A stretch of DNA of 56,415 bases, from assembly GCA_017414645.1 (NCBI GenBank), contig JAFQLL010000094.1, positions 1-56,415 on the forward strand, given 5' to 3'. This DNA is from Clostridia bacterium (GTDB lineage: Bacteria > Bacillota > Clostridia > UMGS1883). Of the stretch, positions 19,012-28,500 are shown in pieces. Each line of letters starts with the position of its first letter. The stretch's first letter is position 1. The notes beneath the pieces are model-generated. The model ran no database searches, was not told where the DNA came from, and was given only the letters and a program-made list of their open reading frames with translations. The translations under genes were made by a program, and so were the position numbers.

Positions 19012-20124
19012 ATGTTTAAAAGTATTTACACAACCCGTATGAGCGATGACGGGAAAATGCTAAAAAGACGGTTTGAGAGCATAATAAGTAAAAATGGTGC
19101 AAAAACAAGGCTTTTAATAGCCATTTTGGTTGCTTTGCTTATTCCGGCTGTTACAATTCCGACTGTTAATATATTATCAAAAACGGAATTTGTTACACTT
19201 TACGATATGGATAATTATGCTGAAATTGTGAAAAACAACAGCTATATGCCCAAGCTTGAAGCTCTTGGAAATTATGAAAACGCAGAGTTGAGATATTTTC
19301 GGTATAATTGGGTTTTAGGGAGCGCAGATACTTACACATTGATTGTTAAGTATGCCCCTGAAGAATATAAAAGAGAAAAGCTTGAGACAAATTCCGAGCA
19401 TAGCAGTTTAGCCTATTTTGAATTTGACGGCTTTAATTTCAGAGTAGTTGACACAAATTATCATCCTAAACGTCAGTTCTATACAGCTACATCAGACTCA
19501 ACATATGAAATTGCATACATATTCTATTATGATGATGATATTGACTATATTGACGTGAGCTATCAGGAGTTTCTTTTGCGTGAGTGCGGCTGGGAAATAC
19601 GAGGAAAATTCAATAAAAATGATGGTTATGAAATACTTTATGACAAAGACGGAACGTATAATATAACCTTCACAAAAGATAACGGTGACATACTTTATAA
19701 TCAGTCGGTTGATTACCGTCATGAAGTGACAGAGGTTGGAGAAAATCTTTATAATGTTTGCTACTGGAGCGGTACAAATGCAAGATACGATGTTTTTGTT
19801 GACTTGAAAGAAGAAAGAGTATCGCAGGAATATTTTAATCTTCTTTGTTATGATGAAGATAAGGTGGTCTATTGTGAAGATGATGCCATTGTGGTTGATC
19901 ATATGTTCGGAACAGAGAAAATATGTATAACAAGAATTAAGAGAGATTTTTCAGACACCTTTCATCTGAGCTCTGCAATTGCGAATGCTGAACTGAACGG
20001 TGATATACTTAGCCTGCGGTATTTAAAAGGAGAGAATTTTGAAGAAGTCTCTGAAGAAATTGACATATATAAAGATTTGAAGGATGCTATAAACACAGTA
20101 CAGGAAGGAGAAAATCATGTTTAA
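19012..20124 (+). CDS. Single-pass membrane protein with a BlaR1-linker-like N-terminal motif and an ectodomain of unknown fold
   Basis: ATG 4 nt after the M56 gene stop. MFKSIYTTRMSDDGKMLKRRFESII then a TM helix (LLIAILVALLIPAV). I recognise no motif in the remaining ~310 aa (Tyr/Asp/Asn-rich). Confidence 0.6.
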   Translation: MFKSIYTTRMSDDGKMLKRRFESIISKNGAKTRLLIAILVALLIPAVTIPTVNILSKTEFVTLYDMDNYAEIVKNNSYMPKLEALGNYENAELRYFRYNWVLGSADTYTLIVKYAPEEYKREKLETNSEHSSLAYFEFDGFNFRVVDTNYHPKRQFYTATSDSTYEIAYIFYYDDDIDYIDVSYQEFLLRECGWEIRGKFNKNDGYEILYDKDGTYNITFTKDNGDILYNQSVDYRHEVTEVGENLYNVCYWSGTNARYDVFVDLKEERVSQEYFNLLCYDEDKVVYCEDDAIVVDHMFGTEKICITRIKRDFSDTFHLSSAIANAELNGDILSLRYLKGENFEEVSEEIDIYKDLKDAINTVQEGENHV

Positions 20125-20344
20125 AAACGTATACACAACACGCATGAGCGGAAATAGCAGGGTTTTAAAAAGACGATTTCGGGCAATCAGCGCAAAGCCT
20201 GTAAAGCTTAAAGGAATGCTTGCATTTATTTGCGCAGTAGCAATTTTCATTGTGTCAACCTTCAGTACATTGGCGGTAGCGCAATTTGCAAACGAAAGCA
20301 TCGATTATAATATCGACATTACAAATAACGGGCAAATAATTTAG
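20117..20344 (+). CDS. N-terminal fragment (leader motif + TM helix) of an interrupted membrane-anchored M23 peptidase gene
   Basis: 8-nt overlap with the upstream ORF. MFKNVYTTRMSGNSRVLKRRFRAI then a TM helix. Ends at TAG 20342-20344, in the same frame as ORF 20384..21403. Confidence 0.55.
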   Translation: MFKNVYTTRMSGNSRVLKRRFRAISAKPVKLKGMLAFICAVAIFIVSTFSTLAVAQFANESIDYNIDITNNGQII

Positions 20345-20383
20345 CTTAAAAACAAGCTCTTTATAGAAAATGGCGAGGTTTAT

Positions 20384-21403
20384 GTGCCTCTTCGCGAGCT
20401 TTTCACAAAGTTGGGCTTGATGGAGGGCGAAAACGCGAAAATGGAATGGCTGGATGGTGTTGTTCTCATTTCCTTAAGCCAGAAAAACCTTAATGATGAT
20501 GTAATTGCAGAATACACAAGCTATCTCTATAAAATTGAAATAGGTAAGAGCGAGCTTGTAGTAAACCCACGTGTTTTAATGCATGAAAACACACCGGAAA
20601 ACGTGGCAGATGTGGGTGAAGCCATGAGAAACGCCCCTGTTCTTAGAAGAAACATCACATATATTCCATTTTCCTATGCTGAAAGAATGATAGAAAGAGC
20701 AGATCTGGGCTTTTTGTCACCGGCAAATTTGTATAAATTAGAATTTGCGTGTTCGGGCGAAATTTTTAATGTTGGTTATCCTTTTACAGAATATCACGAA
20801 ATAGCGCAGAGTTTTGGTAAAAGAGTGCATCCTATAACAGGGGAGGAACATTTTCATTCGGGCATAGATTTCAAAGCTGAAGAAGGCACACCTGTTTTAG
20901 CAGGTATTGAAGGAAAATTTGATGTTGGCTACGATGAAGAAAAGGGCGCATACATGACCATTTACGGTGAAAACGGGGTAGAGGTCACCTATTGTCACCT
21001 ACAAAGTGACATTTTGCGGACACTTTGGAATGTAAACTATCTTAATAAAGGCAGTCTGCTTGGTTTTGTTGGAAATACCGGAAAATCCACAGGACCACAC
21101 CTTCACATGGAGGTAAAGGTAAATGGTGAATATGTAGACCCTGAGGAATATATAATACAAGAGGTAATGGAGCTTCTTCAGGTTGCAAAGCCGAAAATTG
21201 AATCGTATATAAGCTATTTCGGATATGCTGATGCGGAGTATAAAGTTACAGATTTTTATGTTGATTCTGAAGGCGGCGGCGTAACAGTCAGCCTTACAAA
21301 CTATGATGATACAACTATAGGGTTGACCTATTATAAAATGCCTTATGGGTGGCAACTTTGGGGCGTTTATAAAAACGGAGAGCTTATGGTAATATACAAC
21401 TAA
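20384..21403 (+). CDS. M23 (LytM-type) metallopeptidase with Cu-amine-oxidase-N1-like repeats; probably the distal part of an interrupted gene
   Basis: HSGIDFKAEEGTPV (HxxxD) and GKSTGPHLHMEV (HxH) M23 motifs. The N-terminal GEVYVPLRELFTKLG-type domain starts upstream of the GTG start. The gene may be a pseudogene spanning 20117..21403. Confidence 0.65.
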   Translation: MPLRELFTKLGLMEGENAKMEWLDGVVLISLSQKNLNDDVIAEYTSYLYKIEIGKSELVVNPRVLMHENTPENVADVGEAMRNAPVLRRNITYIPFSYAERMIERADLGFLSPANLYKLEFACSGEIFNVGYPFTEYHEIAQSFGKRVHPITGEEHFHSGIDFKAEEGTPVLAGIEGKFDVGYDEEKGAYMTIYGENGVEVTYCHLQSDILRTLWNVNYLNKGSLLGFVGNTGKSTGPHLHMEVKVNGEYVDPEEYIIQEVMELLQVAKPKIESYISYFGYADAEYKVTDFYVDSEGGGVTVSLTNYDDTTIGLTYYKMPYGWQLWGVYKNGELMVIYN

Positions 21404-21405
21404 TT

Positions 21406-21436
21406 AAAAAGATGCAGGAGTTTCCTGCATCTTTTT
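21406..21436. terminator. Bidirectional rho-independent terminator
   Basis: AAAAAGATGCAGGA / TCCTGCATCTTTTT, with an A-run and a T-run on either side. Lies between convergent genes. Confidence 0.85.
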
Positions 21437-21438
21437 AA

Positions 21439-23403
21439 TTAGTTAGCGAACTTAATCTGATTCCAGAGTGACTGGATATAGTTATTTGTTTCGTCGGGAA
21501 GTGCAATGTAGAGCTCTGTTTTTTCGTTTAAGAATTCGTCCGGAGGATAACGGCGCTCGTCCATCTTAACTTCTTCGTCAAGAAGCTCAAACACATCTTT
21601 ATGAGGTGTTGAATAGCCGATATATTCGCAGTTTGCAAGGGCTATTTCAGTTTCGCAAAGGAAGTTAATGTACATTTCAGCCGCTTCTTTATTGTTACAG
21701 CCTGTAGGAATGCAGATTGCGTCAACAAAGCGGTTTGTGCCTTCCTTGGGAATGAAGTAATCCAAATCGGGGTTAGACTCCAGCATTGAAACTGCATCGC
21801 CTACATAGTAGGGAGCAACTGCAGCGTTACCGCCTTCCATTTTATCGAAAACTTCGTCCATTACATATGCCTGTACAAGGTTTGACGAATACTGTTCATA
21901 AAGCTTTTCAAAGGTTTTGTCGATTTCGTCCTTGTCGGTTGTATTAAGGGAATAGCCTAAATAGCACTGTGCTGCGGCAAAGGCATCACGGGGGTTGTTA
22001 AACATAAGAATGTTGCCCTTCTGTGCCTCGTCCCAGAGAGCACCCCAGCTGTCGGGAGCGGTGTCGTACATGGTTTTGTTATAAATAATGCAAACCATGC
22101 CCCAGGTGTAGGGAACAGTGTACTCATTTTCCGGGTCATAGGAAAGGTTTTTGAAGGTGTCCATAATCTTTGTTTCAAAGTTAGGAATGTTTTCATAGTT
22201 AAGCTTCTGAATCATACCTTCATTAATAAACCTTGAAATCATGTAGTCAGAGGGGATAACAATGTCGTAATCGGCACCGCCGCTCTTTAATTTAGCGTAA
22301 AGCTCTTCGTTGTTGGTGTAGGTTGTATAATTAACCTTAATACCCGTAAGAGCCTCAAACTGCTCGTTTACGTTTATCATATCCGCTTCGTCAATACAGA
22401 GGTATTCGCCCCAGTTTGCCACATTTAAGGTAAGCTTATCCTTGGCAAAACGTGTATAGTCGTAATTTGAAAGTAGCCTCATATCCATTTCAAGCCTGGG
22501 TCCTATGTTAAGAACAATGCCTACAGTAACGCCTACTGATGAAAGAAGCATAACAAGCGCAACAATAAGTGCAATTGTTTTCTTTCTTGAGCGAAGGCCT
22601 TCTTTTTCTTTTTGTTCAACCCTGAGCTTTCTGTTGTCAAGGAAGTTCTTAACAACCAGAATTATAAGTATCGTAACAAAAATTAATGTTGAAAGGGCAT
22701 TTATGCTGGGGTCCATATTTCGTCTTGTCATGGAGTTAATAACAATGGGCAGTGTGTTAACGCCTACACCTGAGTTAAAGTAGCTGACAACGAAATCGTC
22801 CAGCGAGTAGGTGAGAGCCATTATAAAGCCCGAGAAAACGCCGGGCAATATTTCGGGAATAACAACCTTGAAAAACGCCTGACGACTGTTACAGCCAAGG
22901 TCATAAGCGGCTTCGAGAAGGTTGGGGTTCATCTGCCTTAATTTGGGTAACACCTGGAAAATAACATAAGGCACACAGAATGCGATATGTGCAAGAACAA
23001 GTGTTATATAACCAAATTTCAAAGGGGTAAAGCGCATGAAAACCTTGAAAAGAAGCATTAACGATACACCCATGATAATTTCGGGGTTAACAATGGGAAT
23101 GTAGGTTATGTTCATTACAAGGCTGCGAGCCTTTTTGTTAAGGTTGTTTATGCCTATTGCGGCGGTTGTGCCCAAGGCTGTTGAAATAACAGAGGAAACA
23201 ATAGCAATAAGCAAGGTGTTGAAAAGCGACAGCATTATTGTGCGGTCACTAAAAAGTGCAACATACCATCTTAAGGAGAAACCGCCCCAGGCAACACGTG
23301 AGTCGTTTGCATTGAATGAGAAAACAACAAGTGTCAGAATGGGAAGATAGAGGAAGAGTACTAAAAGCACCATATAAAGCCTTGAAGTTAACGACTTTTT
23401 CAT
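21439..23403 (-). CDS. Spermidine/putrescine ABC transporter, fused PotC permease + PotD substrate-binding protein
   Basis: Residues 1-260 are a PotC-type permease (EAAYDLGCNSRQAFFKVVIPE). An extra TM helix sits at residues ~275-300 (nt 22504-22581). Residues ~323-654 are PotD-like (NWGEY...YDIVIPSDYM...YTWG). Confidence 0.85.
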   Translation of the reverse strand: MKKSLTSRLYMVLLVLFLYLPILTLVVFSFNANDSRVAWGGFSLRWYVALFSDRTIMLSLFNTLLIAIVSSVISTALGTTAAIGINNLNKKARSLVMNITYIPIVNPEIIMGVSLMLLFKVFMRFTPLKFGYITLVLAHIAFCVPYVIFQVLPKLRQMNPNLLEAAYDLGCNSRQAFFKVVIPEILPGVFSGFIMALTYSLDDFVVSYFNSGVGVNTLPIVINSMTRRNMDPSINALSTLIFVTILIILVVKNFLDNRKLRVEQKEKEGLRSRKKTIALIVALVMLLSSVGVTVGIVLNIGPRLEMDMRLLSNYDYTRFAKDKLTLNVANWGEYLCIDEADMINVNEQFEALTGIKVNYTTYTNNEELYAKLKSGGADYDIVIPSDYMISRFINEGMIQKLNYENIPNFETKIMDTFKNLSYDPENEYTVPYTWGMVCIIYNKTMYDTAPDSWGALWDEAQKGNILMFNNPRDAFAAAQCYLGYSLNTTDKDEIDKTFEKLYEQYSSNLVQAYVMDEVFDKMEGGNAAVAPYYVGDAVSMLESNPDLDYFIPKEGTNRFVDAICIPTGCNNKEAAEMYINFLCETEIALANCEYIGYSTPHKDVFELLDEEVKMDERRYPPDEFLNEKTELYIALPDETNNYIQSLWNQIKFAN

Positions 23404-24206
23404 ACTACAGCATCCTCCCCTCCGAACTGGTTAAAGATACCTATAATTACAAGTACAATAACCATAAGCACTAAGCTGAGGGCAGAACCTACATAAGGGT
23501 CATAATTGAGCCCCAAGAATTCCTGTTCAATAAGGTCACCTATAAGACCTATTGTAGAGCCTGAAAGCATTCTGGAAATAATAAAAGTGGAAACAGAAGG
23601 CACAAATACCATTGTAATACCCGTCGAAATGCCGGGGATTGCAAGAGGAATGATGACCTTTCTTACTACATTTGAATCTGAACAGCCAAGATCCTGCGCT
23701 GCTTCAATAACACTCTTGTCAATTTTAGTCATGATAGAGTATAAGGGCAGAATCATAAAGGGCAGGTTGTTATAAATCATACCCAATATAACTGCGGCAG
23801 AAGTGTTCAGCATTTTTAAGGGCTTCAAACCAAAAAACATAAGTATCTGGTTTATGAAACCGTTTGCGTCTAAAATATTCATCCATGCGTATGTTCTTAA
23901 AATAAAGTTAATCCACATGGGAAGCATTAAAAGCATAAGCACGGTAGACTGCTTTTCCTCGGGCAGTCTGGAAATTATGTATGCTGCAGGAAAACCTAAA
24001 AGCAAGCATACAACTGTTGTTACAACCGCATAAGTAACGGAACGTAACAGTGTGGGAAGGTATTTTGAAATTTCCATTAAATTGGAAACTGTGAACGCGC
24101 CTGTTTCTCTGTCTGTAAAGGCAAAAATGCCAACCAGGAAGAGAGGCACGATAGTGAAAATAACCATCCACACGTAATAGGGAACAGCAATAGCTTTTGA
24201 TTTCAT
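23400..24206 (-). CDS. potB: Spermidine/putrescine ABC transporter permease
   Basis: EAAQDLGCSDSNVVRKVIIP EAA-loop and six TM segments. ATGA-type overlap with the downstream gene. Confidence 0.85.
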   Translation of the reverse strand: MKSKAIAVPYYVWMVIFTIVPLFLVGIFAFTDRETGAFTVSNLMEISKYLPTLLRSVTYAVVTTVVCLLLGFPAAYIISRLPEEKQSTVLMLLMLPMWINFILRTYAWMNILDANGFINQILMFFGLKPLKMLNTSAAVILGMIYNNLPFMILPLYSIMTKIDKSVIEAAQDLGCSDSNVVRKVIIPLAIPGISTGITMVFVPSVSTFIISRMLSGSTIGLIGDLIEQEFLGLNYDPYVGSALSLVLMVIVLVIIGIFNQFGGEDAVV

Positions 24207-24253
24207 TTCTTAACCTCTTTTCCGTAATAAAATAAATGCTTTAATACGGAAAA

Positions 24254-25294
24254 CTATTCAATCAGCTTATGCATGATATGAATGTCGTTAGGCTGAAGGC
24301 TCATGCCGATACGAGAGCCAATCTGCTGGCTTTTTGTTGAATGTATTTTCCAGAGGAAGTTGTCTGTTTCAACCAGGATTTCGAAATGAACACCCTTGAA
24401 GATAACATCCTTAACCACACCTACAATTGCTTCCTTGCAGGGGGCAACAACCTTAATGTCTTCGGGGCGGATAACAACGTCAACAAGCTTGTCCGTGCCG
24501 AAGCCTGCATCTTCACATTCGAAAACAACGCCGCCGATTTCAACGAAATAGTCGGCACGCATAACACCGTCAATAATGTTGCTTTCGCCGATAAAGTCGG
24601 CAACGAATGCGTTGACGGGTTCGTTATAAATATCCTCAGGAGTGCCTATCTGCTGAATTTCACCGTGGTTCATAACAACAACAGTGTCGCTCATGGTAAG
24701 AGCTTCCTCCTGGTCATGTGTTACATAAATAAAGGTAATGCCAAGTCTTTTCTGAATCTTTTTCAATTCAATCTGCATTTCCTTACGAAGCTTCAGGTCA
24801 AGTGCACCAAGGGGCTCGTCGAGCAAAAGCACGCGAGGTCTGTTGACCAGTGCTCTGGCAATGCCAACTCTCTGCTGCTGACCGCCTGAAAGCGAATTGA
24901 CGGAACGACGCTCGTAACCTGAGAGGTTTACCATGCGAAGCATTTCCGTAACGTTTTCTTTGATTTCAGATTCCTTCATTTTCTTTAATCTTAAACCAAA
25001 GGCTATGTTTTCATACACATTAAGATGGGGGAAGAGAGCATATTTCTGGAAAACAGTGTTAATGCTGCGCTTGTAAGCAGGCAGATCATTAATCTTTTTT
25101 CCATCAAAATAAAGCTCTCCGCTGTTCATTTGCAGAAAGCCTCCGATGATTCTTAATGTTGTTGTTTTTCCACAACCCGAAGGTCCAAGTAAAGTAACAA
25201 ACTGCTTGTCGGCTATGTCAAGGCTTATTCCTTTCAGAACAGTATCTCCGTCGTAGTCGACAACCGCATTCCTTAAGCTAATAATTTTTTCCAA
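24254..25294 (-). CDS. potA: Spermidine/putrescine ABC transporter ATP-binding protein
   Basis: GPSGCGKTT (Walker A), LSGGQQQRV (signature), [11 protein letters not shown] (Walker B) and a C-terminal TOBE-like domain. TAG stop. Confidence 0.9.
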   Translation of the reverse strand: MEKIISLRNAVVDYDGDTVLKGISLDIADKQFVTLLGPSGCGKTTTLRIIGGFLQMNSGELYFDGKKINDLPAYKRSINTVFQKYALFPHLNVYENIAFGLRLKKMKESEIKENVTEMLRMVNLSGYERRSVNSLSGGQQQRVGIARALVNRPRVLLLDEPLGALDLKLRKEMQIELKKIQKRLGITFIYVTHDQEEALTMSDTVVVMNHGEIQQIGTPEDIYNEPVNAFVADFIGESNIIDGVMRADYFVEIGGVVFECEDAGFGTDKLVDVVIRPEDIKVVAPCKEAIVGVVKDVIFKGVHFEILVETDNFLWKIHSTKSQQIGSRIGMSLQPNDIHIMHKLIE

Positions 25295-25397
25295 CCGTTT
25301 GCTCCTTCATATTGAAATTTCAAGTAATTTTCGTATGGGAATATCCCCCCATACAGCAGAAACACATGCTAAAACGACTATAAAAGCATGTAAAGTG

Positions 25398-25426
25398 ATT
25401 ATACAATATACTCTCATGAAATACAA
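25398..25426 (-). promoter_or_regulatory. Putative sigma-A promoter of the pot operon
   Basis: On the minus strand: TTGTAT, 17-nt spacer, TGTATAAT (extended -10). About 100 nt upstream of potA. Confidence 0.4.
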
Positions 25427-25505
25427 TAGTTTTTTTGATTTTTTGTCGATTATATTTTTGCGGAAAGATCGGGAATAAAAATAGTGATAAAACAACAAAT
25501 TTATA

Positions 25506-25534
25506 TTGCAAAGGGTAGGAAAATTTAGTATAAT
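25506..25534 (+). promoter_or_regulatory. Putative sigma-A promoter of the large lyase gene
   Basis: TTGCAA (25506-25511), 17-nt spacer, TATAAT (25529-25534). Confidence 0.5.
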
Positions 25535-25566
25535 TGTTATATATTTTTATAGTTAGGAGTGAAAAT

Positions 25567-28500
25567 ATGAAAAGAGTTTTGAGCGTTATACTCAGTCTTG
25601 CACTTTTAATGACAGTTTTCGGAACATTACCCGTGACCGTAAATGCTGCAAGCATGAGCGATGCGGACTTTTTTTCAAAGTTCGACCTTACATATTCCGG
25701 AATGGAAGATGTAAAGAGTGCTGTAGACCGTGGTGACTACACTACAGCAAAAAAGGAATTTGTTGAATATTTGTCAGAAAGAAAGGCAAGCGGTAATGCG
25801 GCAGCATTTCCCATTGCTGAAGACGACGAAAATTATGGTCAGGCAGTTCTGCCGCTCGACAATATTTTAACAGGCCCTTATGAATTCGACGTATGGCTTA
25901 ACCGCTTTACTGTTACCGGTAAAGAATATGAGCTCTACGAAGTTGACCTTACAGAAAAAACCGCGCAGGAATTAAACAACCAGGCTATTTCTGTAATGCT
26001 TTTCGAAAGACAAAAGCAAGCATATCCTGTGCTTGTTGCAAGTACGGAATATGCTTCCTATGAGCCTGTGCTTGTAGTTGAAACTGCTGAAGGCGCTACA
26101 TACGAAATCATGGCAAACCATGACACATATGTAAATTCCGGCGCTACAACTACCACGTACGGCAATGCTACAGAGCTTTACGTAAATGAGCAGAGCGGTT
26201 CAGCATCTTCTCCCTTTGGCAGCCAGACAAGAAGAGCGTACATAAACTTCCCGCTTACAGAAGCTGCTAATCAGACTGTTACAAAGGCTACAATGAAGCT
26301 TTATGCTAAGTTGGCAGACAATGCAACTGTTGACTCATTGGATGTTCACGTTATAAGTGTTGGCGACACAATGTGGGACGAGAGTAGACTCACATGGTCC
26401 ACAATAGGCGGCAACATTTATTCTTATCAGAATGCTGATGTACCCACCTGGCAGCAGCCAAGCGGTGCTGACGGCGAATATCAGAACGTTACAACACGTT
26501 TCTGGTTTGCTCGCAGCATGGCGTATGAATATCTTACATATCTTGAAGACCCTGAACAGTATGCAATCGAACATCCCCTTTATCCCGACGGAAGCATTTT
26601 TGGCGAAAAGCTTATCGACCTGATGGATGCTTTTGCAACACAGAAAGGCTATGGCTTCAACCGTACGTTAGAGACAGGTGAAAGACTCAACCGTTGGGTT
26701 GACGTTTTAGATGCACTTATTGATACACCTGCAGTACAGGACAACCCCGAAAAGGTATGTAACATCATTTCCTTCATGTGGGGCGACTGTAACTATCTGG
26801 CAGGCTTAGACATTGCAAACGGTTCCTATTGGTGGAGCAACTGGAGAATTGTTGCAAACGCAGGCTTCTTCAAGGGCAACGAATATTTCCCAGAATGGAA
26901 GAACTATACAAACTGGAGAAACAGAGTTACAGGCAATATCGAATACACATTGGACCTTCTCTTCGTTGACGACATGAGCTTTGCGGAAGCGGGCCCTGCT
27001 TATGCTGTATGGTGCGTTGAGCTCTTTGGTGACTGCGTAAGAATGGCAGATATAAATAACCGTCCTCTTGATAAAACCTTTACAGAAAAGCTCCGTTATG
27101 CAACACGTTTTGCTCTTGAGAGCCTTTATCCCGATGGTTATGATACAAACATAGGTGACTCTAACTATAAGGACAGAATGAGCGTATTCAACGATTTGGC
27201 TGAATACTACGGCAACGATTCTATCCTTAATGCTTTTGTAAACGGAACAGACGAATTTGATCCTGAATACTATTCAAGCATTTACCACGATTCTAACACA
27301 ATGCTTATGCGTAACAGCTGGAATCCTGAGGAAGCAATCTATTTGCAGCTTAACAACAACCCCTTTGACGGACATGCGCATCCCGACAGTGCGGCAGTTG
27401 TTATGTACGCATACGGCAAGCCTCTCTTAGTTGACAGTGGTCGTTACAGCTACTCAAGCTTTAACTCCATTTATAACGACCTTCGTTATGCTTCCGCACA
27501 CAACACAATAGAAGCAGTTGGTCAGTCCATGGCAAGCCACGCAAGCGCAGCTAAGCCTCTGGAATATGCCACAACAAGCGATGCGTTTGACTTTGCTACA
27601 ACAAGCCAGACAGGTTACAGTGGCACAACTCACACAAGAAATGTGCTCTTCTTAAAGGATTCAGCTTATAGCATTGTTACAGACTATGTAACAGGTAACC
27701 AGAGCCGTGAATACCGCCAGAACTGGCACTTTATGCCCTCCTCAAATGCGGAAATGAGCGGCAATATTGCTACAACAAACTTCTATAACGAAGCAAACAT
27801 TGTAATTGCAAATGCAGGCAGCACAACAGCGCTTATCCGTGACGGTTACCACAGTGCTGACTACGGTTTGGTTGCAGGCAGTAAGTATGCTTCTTACGGC
27901 AAAACAGGTGCAGAAGTTAAGTTTGATACAGTGCTTTACCCCAGAAGAGCAGGGGAAGAGGCTGAAGTAGCAGTTACAGACCTTGCCGAGGGAGACAATT
28001 CCAAGGCGGCTCTTGAAATTACAATTGATGGCGATACAAGCTATTATTATGTAAAGAACACCGATGATGCAGACGGTGTATTCGGTGACTATAAAACGGA
28101 CGCAAAGATGGCATATGTTTTTGAAAAGTCCAGAAACAAGAAGGATATTTCCATTGTTAACGGTAAAAATCTCGAGGGTATAATTGAAAGCAAAAATAAT
28201 ATCACCTCGATGAATGTTGAGTATGATAATGGCAATGTTTACATTACAGGTGAAAACCTTGTTCCTTCCACAAGTCAGGATGCAATGCTTGTAAACGTGG
28301 GAGATGAAATCAGCACAGTTTACCTTAACGGCGAAGAAATCGATTTCAATCTCATCTATGAAGGTTTTGAAACAAAGGGCTTTTACGCTGTAAGAAGTAC
28401 AGACATTACAGGTAGCGGCGAAATTAGCATAAACGGTAAAGAATACAACATAGTTGGCGAAAACCTTATTACAAATGGTGATTTTTCTGACGGTACAACA

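Noticed and set aside
18985-19015. Programmed frameshift fusing the M56 protease ORF to the next ORF (alternative TTG start at 18994).
   Set aside because: The +1 frame has a TAG at 18991-18993, so only an 11-nt window could host a shift. That window (GCAAAGAAGTGA) has no recognisable slippery heptamer or prfB-like context. Separate ORFs, or a plain indel, are more likely; this is flagged for read-level checking in the findings.
20342-20344. In-frame TAG as pyrrolysine or a reassigned codon.
   Set aside because: TAG terminates at least two other well-defined genes in the window (comEC, potA) at positions matching normal protein ends. I saw no PYLIS-like context or pyl genes. Pseudogenisation or sequencing error is simpler.
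24218-24253. Stem-loop TTTTCCGTA / TACGGAAAA between potA and potB as an internal terminator.
   Set aside because: On the coding (minus) strand it is followed by GAGGTTAAGAA-ATG (the RBS and start of potB) rather than a U-run. It is more likely an intercistronic stability or processing element, and too weak a signal to report as a finding.
25307-25655. Small minus-strand ORFs (63 and 111 aa) in the potA/lyase divergent intergenic region.
   Set aside because: Their sequences are low-complexity and AT-driven (Phe/Ile/Lys/Tyr-rich). They overlap both predicted promoters and the start of the lyase gene, and they have no RBS.
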